Assembly: GCA_944387965.1 (NCBI GenBank)
Contig: CALXGW010000128.1
Location: 1-53,960, forward strand
From: an uncultured Anaerotruncus sp.
GTDB taxonomy: Bacteria > Bacillota > Clostridia > Oscillospirales > Ruminococcaceae
Length of the DNA stretch: 53,960 nt
Reading direction: 5' to 3'
Shown here: in pieces, positions 27,450 to 36,272 of the stretch
How positions within the stretch are numbered: the first letter of the stretch is position 1
How the letters are laid out: every line of letters starts with the position of its first letter
Notes under the pieces: model-generated
What the model was told of the DNA's origin: nothing
Database searches by the model: none
The model's input: the letters and a program-made list of their open reading frames with translations, nothing else
Translations under genes and position numbers: made by a program

Positions 27450-29522
27450 ATGCTGAACGCCCGGAACCTGGACGATCAGACCTATGAGGAAATTGTAAAG
27501 ACGGCGGAGGGCCGTCTGCCCTGGCTGTGCCCTGTATGGACCGACCACAACGCCCATGACCCGGGCATTACCATTTTGGAGTTGATGGCCTGGTATAAGG
27601 AAATGCAGCAATACCATATGAACCAGTTTACCGACGAACTGCGCTATAAACTGCTCAAGCTTGCAGGGATTTTGCGGCAGCCGGCTTGCCCGGCCCGCTG
27701 TGCGGTGGAATTAGGGGAAAGTCCCGCTGCCCGCCTGGCAGGGGAACGGTTGGAAACACGGGAGGGGATCCCTTTTGAACTGGCGCAGGCGATCCCGGCC
27801 TGCCGGCCCCGAATTGCCCGGATCCAGGTGGTCCAGGAGGGGCGGCGGATGGATGTGGGGGAACTGCTCGGCGACCGGCATGTCACCTTCCAGCCGTTTG
27901 GCGAAAGGGATGGGGGCGCTTCCCAACTGCAGATTGGGTTTTCCCAGCTGGGGGAAGGGGACCTGCGGCTTTGGTTCGATGTGGAACCGCCGGCTGGCGC
28001 AGTCCGCAACCCGTTTGCGTTTGCCGGCCAGGTCCCCCGGTTGATCCGCTGGACCTGCGAAGGGGCGGAAAAGACCGAACTGCTGCAGGATGAAACCCAT
28101 GCGTTGAGTATGAGCGGGTATGTGACCCTGCGGGCGCATGGGGATTGGCCTGCCGGCGCGGAAGGGCTCTATTGGCTTTCACTTTCCTTGGAAGACCCGG
28201 GATGTGAGGAATGGGTCCGCCTGTCAGGCTTGTCTGCAGGACGCTGGCCTGCAATCCAACAGGAAACCTGGGCAGAAAGCCATTTGTTCCAGGCTCCCGC
28301 CCAGGATGGCTGGACAGTATGCCTGGAGGATGCGCTGGCCAGGGATGGGGAATTGGCGGTGTTTATACGCACCGCCCAGCGCTGGGAACAGACCAGCAGC
28401 TGGCAGTCAGCAGCCGTCCAGGCAGGCCGGCTGCTCGAAGTGGATACCTCCACGGCTGTGCAGGATGGCGGAGAAAATGTGCTGGTGGTCGCGTTGGACA
28501 GCGTCCACAGCGACCGGCTCCTGTTTGACGCCAAAGGGCTTCCCGGCGAAACCTTTTATCTGGACCTGGAAGGGCGCAAGGCCCTGTCAGGATCATTCAC
28601 CCTTTTGTGCGATACCCTGGACCGGGATGGACAGATCCGGCCTGCTTTCTGGCGGTGCGTGGATGACCTGTATGCTTGCGGGCCCAGGGATCGGGTCTTT
28701 ACCTATGACCCGACGCGGGAATGTATCACCTTCGGGGATGGCGAACACGGCGCGCTGTTGCGCCGGGGGGAAGGGGCGGTATTGGCAGCCAGCCTGGCCG
28801 TCACTTACGGCAGCGGGGGGAATATCCCCAGCGGAACCGAACTGGTTTTCCCGGAGGATGGAGAGCGCGTCTGCAGCCAGGCTGCCCGGGGCGGCAGGGA
28901 ACAGGAAACGGCGGATTCCGCACAAGCCCGGCTGCTGCGGGAACTGAGTACCACCCGCAAATGTGTCAGTGCGGACGATTATGAGCGTTTGGCAAAGGAA
29001 ACGCCGGGACTGCGGGTAGCGGCTGCAAAAGCGCTGCCTGGGTATGACCCGGATGAACCGACCGGCGTGAGCCGCCTGCCGACTGTGACGGTGGTGGCGG
29101 TGCCGGCGGGGGCTGGGAAACAGCCGCTGCCTGACCGCCGGTTTTTGGAGGCGGTACAAAACCAGATGGACCGGCTGCGGCCGATCGGCACGCAGGTGAA
29201 GGTGGTGCCGCCGGTCTATGTGGAGATCCAGGCGGAACTGACGGTACGCTGTATGGAAGACGGGATCGAAGACGCGCTTCGGGAGCGGCTGTGTGCCTGG
29301 CTGGAGCAGAGCGGTATCGGCGGGACGCTCCAGGCGGGGGCAGCGTGGGCTGCTGCACAGGCAGTCCCAGGCGTGCTGCAGGTCCGGGAGGTGAATTTGC
29401 GCACCACCAGCCCGGGATGTTATCAAAACGAGGAAGGGGATATCCTCCTGCCGCGGCGGGCGATCCCCAAATTGGGGAAGATTTGGGTAGAACGGCTGCC
29501 GGACCGCGGCAGCGTGCGCTGA
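27450..29522 (+). CDS. baseplate J-like wedge protein (Afp11-like)
   Basis: NLDDQTY, WTDHNAHDPGITILELMAW, FGDGEHG, CVSADDYE. Confidence 0.92.
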   Translation: MLNARNLDDQTYEEIVKTAEGRLPWLCPVWTDHNAHDPGITILELMAWYKEMQQYHMNQFTDELRYKLLKLAGILRQPACPARCAVELGESPAARLAGERLETREGIPFELAQAIPACRPRIARIQVVQEGRRMDVGELLGDRHVTFQPFGERDGGASQLQIGFSQLGEGDLRLWFDVEPPAGAVRNPFAFAGQVPRLIRWTCEGAEKTELLQDETHALSMSGYVTLRAHGDWPAGAEGLYWLSLSLEDPGCEEWVRLSGLSAGRWPAIQQETWAESHLFQAPAQDGWTVCLEDALARDGELAVFIRTAQRWEQTSSWQSAAVQAGRLLEVDTSTAVQDGGENVLVVALDSVHSDRLLFDAKGLPGETFYLDLEGRKALSGSFTLLCDTLDRDGQIRPAFWRCVDDLYACGPRDRVFTYDPTRECITFGDGEHGALLRRGEGAVLAASLAVTYGSGGNIPSGTELVFPEDGERVCSQAARGGREQETADSAQARLLRELSTTRKCVSADDYERLAKETPGLRVAAAKALPGYDPDEPTGVSRLPTVTVVAVPAGAGKQPLPDRRFLEAVQNQMDRLRPIGTQVKVVPPVYVEIQAELTVRCMEDGIEDALRERLCAWLEQSGIGGTLQAGAAWAAAQAVPGVLQVREVNLRTTSPGCYQNEEGDILLPRRAIPKLGKIWVERLPDRGSVR

Positions 29523-29550
29523 TCGATCAGGAAAAGGAGGGGACGGCGGC

Positions 29551-30651
29551 ATGGAGCCGATCCAGGCACAGATGGTTTTTTGTTGTGCAGAACAGTGGAT
29601 GGGCGGGTATTTTTACCGGACAGAGCCCTGGAAAGACGGCCTGCGCTTGGATCCGGAGCGCTTTTCAACCGGTGTTTACTGCCTGGCGGCGGTGGACAGC
29701 GGGGAAAAAGGGTTTTTCTGGGGCCGGGCGGCAGTGGAGGCCGACCTGCCGCCGGACACAGCCCTGCGGATTTATGCCAGGGCTGCCGATACCAAGCGGT
29801 GGCAGGATTGGAAGGATCTCGATGAAGGGATCCGGGGGCTCACAGGCGATCCGATACCTGCTTTGCGGGAGATTTTTGGGGCGCCTGTTTCGGAAAGCGG
29901 GGATTGCCTGCTCCCTTGTACCGGGCGTTACCTGTGGATAATGCTGGAATTGACAGCTACCGGTTCCGAAGCCCCGGTCATCCGGGCGCTGCGGCTTTGG
30001 ATGCGGGGGGATCATATGACCGATTACCTCCCTGCAATCTATCAGGGGCAGGATTTCACCCGGCGGTTCCTGTCCATCTTTGACAGTATGTATGCTGATA
30101 TGGACCGGATGATCGATGCGCTGCCCGGCCGGATGGATTACCAATATGCCGATGGGGAACTGCTGCGGTATCTGGCGTCCTGGGTGTGTGTCGAGCAGGG
30201 CGGGGAGGTATTGCGGGAACGCATCCGCACGGCGCTGCCCGACTATGAGGACCTGTATACGGTGGAGGGGGTGCGGCGGAGCATACGCCGCCTGACCGGG
30301 CGGGAACCGATCCTGATCGAGCCGTTCCAGGTTTCCCCCAACCGGCCGGATTGCTGCGACCCAGTCCTTTACCGGCGGCTGTATGGGGAGGACCCTTACC
30401 GGTTTTTCGTTTTGTTGCCGGAAGGCACCTTTTCCGGGCAGAAGGAACGGGAACAGTTCCAACGGGATATGCAAGAGGTCATCCCAGCCGGGATGAGCAT
30501 GCAGATGATACAATTAAAGCCCTGCATCCAGCTGGATTGGCACACCTACCTGGGCATTAACGCACAGATAGGCGGTTATGTGCCGGCAGCGATTGATGAG
30601 CAGGCTACCATTCATTATGACACCACGATTGGAGGAGCCAAGCATGAATAA
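29551..30651 (+). CDS. phage tail protein I-like baseplate component
   Basis: YLPAIYQ..FTRRFLSIFD, LRYLASW, TVEGVRR. Confidence 0.8.
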   Translation: MEPIQAQMVFCCAEQWMGGYFYRTEPWKDGLRLDPERFSTGVYCLAAVDSGEKGFFWGRAAVEADLPPDTALRIYARAADTKRWQDWKDLDEGIRGLTGDPIPALREIFGAPVSESGDCLLPCTGRYLWIMLELTATGSEAPVIRALRLWMRGDHMTDYLPAIYQGQDFTRRFLSIFDSMYADMDRMIDALPGRMDYQYADGELLRYLASWVCVEQGGEVLRERIRTALPDYEDLYTVEGVRRSIRRLTGREPILIEPFQVSPNRPDCCDPVLYRRLYGEDPYRFFVLLPEGTFSGQKEREQFQRDMQEVIPAGMSMQMIQLKPCIQLDWHTYLGINAQIGGYVPAAIDEQATIHYDTTIGGAKHE

Positions 30652-32422
30652 CGCTAACTTTTTCCCTTTTGAGCGCAACCGGTATTTTTACGGCAAGCTG
30701 CTCACCGTCCGGGACTTCGAGGTGGAACAGCGCTACCACTGCACCAAGCGGGAACTGCTGAACCGGTTGATCCATGGCGCCGGCGTGGTGTGCGGCCTGG
30801 GGGTCACCGCCAGCGACGAGTCTACGCTGATGATCGAGAGCGGTATGGCGCTGGATTACCAGGGGCGGGAGATTGTCCTGCCGGAACCGCTTTTCCGTAA
30901 GCTGCAGATGCTGGAAGGCCAGGAAACGCTGGCAGGCAAGAAGGATGCCTACCTTTGCCTGGTTTATGCGCAGGAGGATGTGGAGCCGGTGAATGCCACT
31001 GGCGCTGAAGTAGGGGCGCAGCGGCAATTCGACCTGACCAGGGAGGGCTTCCGGCTGTTCCTGAGCACCGAGCCGCCAGCTTATCAGAACCTGTTGGAAA
31101 CCGCCGGGCGGGAGAATGTATCGGTCCTTTATCAAAGCGACGAACTAATCCTGGTCCTTTCGCTGCCTTCCAACCTGTGCGCCGGGGAGGAATTCCAGGT
31201 GCAGGTGCTGGTGGTGAAAAATGAAAAGACCCCGCCGGTACAATTTTCGCTGGAAGGGGAAAACACCTTCGTGGAAAGCGATAATGGCCGGGTGTGCCTG
31301 TCCTGGCGGGAGAGCCGGGAGGAAAAACGCTGTGTTTACACAGTGGATTTCCCGCTGCGGGCCAAAGCGTTTAGTGATGTGGATGGCCGCTTGTTCCCGG
31401 AAGGGTGCGAGCTCAATGTGGAATTGGGCAGCCATCATTATAAAAACTATTTGCAGGTGGGGGCTACGGCCCATCTGTGCCGCGACCAAGAGGAATGCCG
31501 CCTGCGCCGGCTGCGGATGGATGACCTGTCAAAGCATCTGCGCGGACGCGACCTGCCCCTCTATCTGGCAAAACTGGAACTGATCCATTCTGCCGGCGGC
31601 GTTTTTGTGGGCGGGGTGACCAGCCTGCCGTTCCAGCAGTCGGTAAAAGGGGAAGGCAAAGCCAAAGGGGACGGCGCCGGCGACCTGACGGTCACCACCT
31701 CGGTGCGCAGTTTGGAATATTGGCAAAAACCGGATGTAAAAGCAGTTTATCAGCCCTCTTCCGGCGCATTGCACCTGGATTTCGGTATCCCGTCCCCGGA
31801 ACAGTACGATTATGCGGTCGTCCATGGCACGGTGGATATGACCATGCCGGGGGGGATCCGGGTAAACAGCCGGCTATTTTCCCAGGAAATTGCCCATGGA
31901 TTGGGCGCCGGGGCGGTGGATGTCCGGTTGAGCGTGGAGTTTACAGACAAAGAACGGGAGGAAACAGCCCTGCTGTGCGGAAACAGCGAGGTGTTCAAGC
32001 ATAAATCAATGAAAGTGGCCCCGCCTTGGGTGGAGGCAGCCGCCCTGGTCTACCCGGAACGGGGGACGATGCGGATCGGCTTATGGCTGCACGACACAGT
32101 GGAAGGCAATCTGCTGCGGGTCCATTACTTTGCGCAGAAACCGGAGCGGGATACCAGCCGCATCCTGTCACAGCGGCGGATCAGCCTGACGGTGACGCCG
32201 GAATTTTCCAGGCTGGGCTGCCGGGAAAAGCTGCAGTTTGAGGCGGAGGTCGTTGGTTCGGAAGATAAAAGCGTCATATGGGGCGTCAAAGAAGAAAATG
32301 GCGGCGTGATCGACCGCAACGGGCTCTATCAGGCGCCGGAACTGCCCGGCACCTATGAGATCACCGCAGTTTCCGGGGCGGATGAATCGGTAACTGCCAG
32401 CGCCTTCGTGATTGTGGAATAA
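30644..32422 (+). CDS. putative tail fibre (Afp13-like N-terminus, C-terminal Ig-like domain)
   Basis: ERNRYFYGKLLTVRDFEVEQRY..GVVCGLGV..GMALD..GREI; C-terminal QFEAEV..VIW..GVIDRNGLYQAP. Confidence 0.75.
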   Translation: MNNANFFPFERNRYFYGKLLTVRDFEVEQRYHCTKRELLNRLIHGAGVVCGLGVTASDESTLMIESGMALDYQGREIVLPEPLFRKLQMLEGQETLAGKKDAYLCLVYAQEDVEPVNATGAEVGAQRQFDLTREGFRLFLSTEPPAYQNLLETAGRENVSVLYQSDELILVLSLPSNLCAGEEFQVQVLVVKNEKTPPVQFSLEGENTFVESDNGRVCLSWRESREEKRCVYTVDFPLRAKAFSDVDGRLFPEGCELNVELGSHHYKNYLQVGATAHLCRDQEECRLRRLRMDDLSKHLRGRDLPLYLAKLELIHSAGGVFVGGVTSLPFQQSVKGEGKAKGDGAGDLTVTTSVRSLEYWQKPDVKAVYQPSSGALHLDFGIPSPEQYDYAVVHGTVDMTMPGGIRVNSRLFSQEIAHGLGAGAVDVRLSVEFTDKEREETALLCGNSEVFKHKSMKVAPPWVEAAALVYPERGTMRIGLWLHDTVEGNLLRVHYFAQKPERDTSRILSQRRISLTVTPEFSRLGCREKLQFEAEVVGSEDKSVIWGVKEENGGVIDRNGLYQAPELPGTYEITAVSGADESVTASAFVIVE

Positions 32423-32470
32423 GGCGGCTAAAAACAGCCGGGACGGACCCGGCAGGGAGGAGGGAGCGAA

Positions 32471-33202
32471 ATGGAGTCCATGCTGGTGCGGGAACGATAT
32501 AAGGTGGTCCGCGTGATCGACAGCCAGGAGGATTACGCCTTTGTGGAAGCGGTGGATATCCTGGACCGGGAGATGGGCGGTTGCGTGCTCAACCTGTATG
32601 AAGGGCCTTTGCTCCGCCGGTACCTGTCTTGTTTTGACCGGATGGAAGGCTGCAGCGCATATCAGGGGATGTTCCTGAATGGGGAAAGCCTGGTGGCGGT
32701 GTTCCAGGATTGCGGCGGGAAACCGATCGACCAGGTGTTCTATCAGGGGGACAGCCACAGCTGGCAGGATCGGCTGTATTATGCCGGGCAGTTTTTCCAG
32801 GAGGTGCTCAATCTGTCCGACCTGCCTGCGGATGTGGCTTGTGCGCTGCTGCTGTCCGATAATGTGCGGGTGGATCAGGTAAACCGGCAGATCTGTTTGC
32901 GGTTCCATATGGTCCCGATGGAAGGGATGAATCCCCGGGAGGTGGCTTATCTGGCATGCGACCAGGTACGTAAGATCATGCGTCCCAGGATGTCTTCCCC
33001 AAAAGAGGAACTGGATTTCCTGGATGAACTCGACCAGGGGCTTTGCGCCAATGCAGTGCAGTTCTATGCCTTGTGGCGGAACTGGGGGGAAAAGATCCAG
33101 GAAGCATATGAAGCGTTGGGGAAAAAGAATTTTGTCCGCCGCTGGTGCGGGCTGCTGGTGGGACGGATCAAAAGACGGTTCACACGCAAAAAGAGGAGGT
33201 GA
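32471..33202 (+). CDS. putative pseudokinase (Hanks-kinase-like fold without catalytic motifs)
   Basis: LVRERYKVVRVI..VEAVD N-lobe pattern; LLSDNVRVD at the catalytic-loop position; no GxGxxG, HRD or DFG; basic C-terminus. Confidence 0.5.
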   Translation: MESMLVRERYKVVRVIDSQEDYAFVEAVDILDREMGGCVLNLYEGPLLRRYLSCFDRMEGCSAYQGMFLNGESLVAVFQDCGGKPIDQVFYQGDSHSWQDRLYYAGQFFQEVLNLSDLPADVACALLLSDNVRVDQVNRQICLRFHMVPMEGMNPREVAYLACDQVRKIMRPRMSSPKEELDFLDELDQGLCANAVQFYALWRNWGEKIQEAYEALGKKNFVRRWCGLLVGRIKRRFTRKKRR

Positions 33203-33208
33203 GCAGGT

Positions 33209-35830
33209 ATGGGACAGCTGAAAAGATTTGGCGTATTCCTGCTGATTTTGGTTTTACTGGGAAGCGGGACGGCCCTTATTTTCCAGGACACATGGCAGGA
33301 ATGTATCTCGATCCTTCGGACCGGGCATGGGGAACCCGCATACCTGCTGGCTGCTTCGGATACGGAAGGACAGATCTATGTACTGGGCCGCGACGAGAAA
33401 GAGTATGTATTGATCCTGGGGGATCAAATGGGCAACCGGACCGAAAAGTGGCGCCTGACAGCGGAAGGGCTGCCGCAGGAAAGCATACCTGCGGCAATTT
33501 ATCCTGCGGCAGGGGGAGCGGTCTATCTCGGGCTATATAATACCGAGGAAGAAACCTGCCTGCAGCTTTACCGGCTGACCGAGCAGGGGAAAGAAGCGGA
33601 ACTGCTGTTGAGCGAGCCCTGCACAGGGGAGAACCTGCAGGCGCAGATGGCATCGGTCAGCCTGTCCAGCTTTTCCCAGGTGGACAGTGTGGTCACGTTT
33701 GCCCTGATGCAGGGGGATAACGCGGCCTTTTACCGGCGCACCAGCGCGGACAGCGGGCTGGAGAAGGCCGGGACTTTGAGCCAGCCGGGGCTGCGGGCTG
33801 CTTTGGCCCTGTCCGACGGGACACAGGTGCTGGCCGGTACAGATGAAATCTCCCGGTCGGACGGGAAAAGTATCCCCCTTACTGACGGGGAAGTGATCAT
33901 TGGATTGAATCAGGCTGGCACTGGCCTCTGCTTTGTAGATGGCGCCGGCCTTAACGTATTTTATGCGGACTTTGCAGATTGGCAGCCGTATCCGCTTTTG
34001 ACGCTGGAAAAAGATGCTTACAGCCTGGACCGCTGCACCGACCTGTGGATCACCCGGAATGGGGAAATCCTGCTGCTCATGGATGGGGATACCCTGCTTT
34101 TGGACCGCGGGAGCGCCGTATCGGATTTGAGCGGGATGCTTTATCCTTCGGCGCTGCAATGCGGGCTGGTTTTGGCAGGAATCGCGCTGGCTGTGCTGGT
34201 TTTGTCCGTGGGAGTGTGGTATGCGGTATGCGAACAGCACCGGTTCCGGCTTCCGCTGCTGGTGCGCTCGGGGGTCCTGGTAGCGGCGGTGGCTGCACTG
34301 GGGACCGGCGGGCTGATCTGGGGATCGGTGCGCGCTTCCAGCAGCCAGATGGCTGAACGGGAAGCCGGGTCGCTGCTGGGCGCCCTTTCCGCTCAGGCAT
34401 TGCAGCAATTTGACCTTTCCGACAGCCAGCTGCCCGGGGATCTGGGCGACAGCCTGTGCGATCTGGCGGGCGGCGCCTATCAGGACAGCGCGGTTTCGGT
34501 TTATCTGTCCGGCGGGGATGGGAAATGGACCCTGGCAGGGAGCAATACCGGGCTTCCGGCAGGGACCCGCGGGGAACTCAGCCCGAGTTTCGATGTGGCC
34601 GCAGCACAGCAGGCGCTGGCGGACGGGAGCCTATTTTGGACCTATTCCCAGGGGGATGGCGTGCGTTATGTCTTTTACCGTGCCCAGGAGGATGGGATAT
34701 TGGCGATAGATGTGGACAGCAGCCAGCTGATAAAAACCAGTTGGGAAGCCAGCCGGTGGATGGCGGAGGGGCTGACGGCGCTGGCCGTCCTGCTGGTTGC
34801 TTTGGCGCTGGCGATCCTGTGCTGGATCAGCATCGGCGTGCGCCGCGCCCTGACGGGGATGGAACAGCTGGCGGCAGGCCAACGGCAGGTGCGTGTGCGG
34901 ATCGGCGGCGGCGACGAACTGGAAAGTTTGGCCGATGATGTGAATGCTTTGTCGTCTGCATTGCAGGATGTGGAATTGCAGCAGCAGGAACTGGCCCAAT
35001 CTTACCGGCGTTTTGTACCCGAACGGGTCCTTTCACTGTTGGGCAAGACCAGTATCCTGGAAGTGGATAAACAGACCTTCGTTTCCCGCAACCTGGCGGC
35101 AATGATGCTTTGGTTCCGTTTCCCGCCGCAGGTGTATGAAAAGAGCGGCCGGGAATTGTTTGATAACCTCAACGAAATTATTGAACGCACCGCCTCAATC
35201 GTCACCCAAAAAGGCGGCGCAGTCTTCAACTTCGCCTACGACGGTTATGACGCCGTATTTGAAGGGGGCAGCGCGGCGGCGGTGAGCACAGCTGTGGCGG
35301 TGCAGCAGGAGATCATGGAGATCAACCGGGAGCGCGGCCTGGACGGACGCCCGCCGGTCGTGGTGCGTATCGCCCTGGATGAAGGAAATGTGATGCTGGG
35401 GGTGGTGGGGGATGAAAACCAGATCGAACCAACCTCCATCTCTTCGAGCTTTTCGGTGGCGAAACATCTGGTGGAATTGTGCGGACGGCTGGAAGCCAAT
35501 ATCCTGTGCACCGAGTCGGTCATCCGCAATGCCCAAAGCTATGGCAGCCGCTATATGGGCAAATGCCTGGAAGGTGGGGAGGCCATCCGGATCTATGAGA
35601 TCTTTGACGGGGATGCCTATGAGATCCGCAAGGTAAAGGAAGATACAGGCGCACGTTTTTCGGAAGGGGTTTATGCCCTGTATGGCCGGGATTTCTCGGA
35701 AGCCAAGCGTATTTTCCTAAGCTTGGTCCATCACAACACCGGGGATGGCGGGGCAAGGTATTATCTTTATCTGGCAGACCGGCTGGAAAAACGGCCGGAA
35801 GATGAGATCAGCCTGGATTCCGGGCAGTAA
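33209..35830 (+). CDS. membrane protein with extracytoplasmic domains, HAMP and a degenerate class III adenylate/guanylate cyclase domain
   Basis: Four hydrophobic segments; HAMP DELESLADDVNALS; RRFVPERVLSLLGK, GNVMLGVVG, IYEIFDGD; catalytic residues largely substituted. Confidence 0.78.
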   Translation: MGQLKRFGVFLLILVLLGSGTALIFQDTWQECISILRTGHGEPAYLLAASDTEGQIYVLGRDEKEYVLILGDQMGNRTEKWRLTAEGLPQESIPAAIYPAAGGAVYLGLYNTEEETCLQLYRLTEQGKEAELLLSEPCTGENLQAQMASVSLSSFSQVDSVVTFALMQGDNAAFYRRTSADSGLEKAGTLSQPGLRAALALSDGTQVLAGTDEISRSDGKSIPLTDGEVIIGLNQAGTGLCFVDGAGLNVFYADFADWQPYPLLTLEKDAYSLDRCTDLWITRNGEILLLMDGDTLLLDRGSAVSDLSGMLYPSALQCGLVLAGIALAVLVLSVGVWYAVCEQHRFRLPLLVRSGVLVAAVAALGTGGLIWGSVRASSSQMAEREAGSLLGALSAQALQQFDLSDSQLPGDLGDSLCDLAGGAYQDSAVSVYLSGGDGKWTLAGSNTGLPAGTRGELSPSFDVAAAQQALADGSLFWTYSQGDGVRYVFYRAQEDGILAIDVDSSQLIKTSWEASRWMAEGLTALAVLLVALALAILCWISIGVRRALTGMEQLAAGQRQVRVRIGGGDELESLADDVNALSSALQDVELQQQELAQSYRRFVPERVLSLLGKTSILEVDKQTFVSRNLAAMMLWFRFPPQVYEKSGRELFDNLNEIIERTASIVTQKGGAVFNFAYDGYDAVFEGGSAAAVSTAVAVQQEIMEINRERGLDGRPPVVVRIALDEGNVMLGVVGDENQIEPTSISSSFSVAKHLVELCGRLEANILCTESVIRNAQSYGSRYMGKCLEGGEAIRIYEIFDGDAYEIRKVKEDTGARFSEGVYALYGRDFSEAKRIFLSLVHHNTGDGGARYYLYLADRLEKRPEDEISLDSGQ

Positions 35831-35845
35831 AGGGGGGATCGGACG

Positions 35846-36241
35846 ATGGCGACACAATTGGATATCATCCAGAAGCAGGCGGAAGCGGCGGCCCGCAATA
35901 CGGCTGCGAGGGCGCAGGGCAGCCTGCGCCGGAATGCCAGCCTGGTCAACCAGGCCAGCCGGTTGGCCGGCAGGGCGATGGTCAAAGGGGAGGATTCCCT
36001 GCGCAGGCAGGCCGGGAAGCGGCCGCAGCGGGATCCATCCGAAAAGGCCGTGCCTCCCAAAAGCAGGGAAACCTGCCCGGCTTCGGATGGATATGTGCGC
36101 CGATCCCCGGTGCAGCCGCTTTATATTGCAGAAGATTACCGCAAAAAACAAATTAAGCGGCTCATTGGCGTTGCAGCGGTGATCCTGATCGTTTGTGCAG
36201 GCATATATTTGCTGGGACGGCTGGGTATCCTGACCCGTTGA
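35846..36241 (+). CDS. small protein with C-terminal TM anchor
   Basis: Basic N-terminus; LIGVAAVILIVCAGIYLLG. Confidence 0.7.
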   Translation: MATQLDIIQKQAEAAARNTAARAQGSLRRNASLVNQASRLAGRAMVKGEDSLRRQAGKRPQRDPSEKAVPPKSRETCPASDGYVRRSPVQPLYIAEDYRKKQIKRLIGVAAVILIVCAGIYLLGRLGILTR

Positions 36242-36272
36242 GTTTGCAAGACCATACATAGGGGGATTTCTT

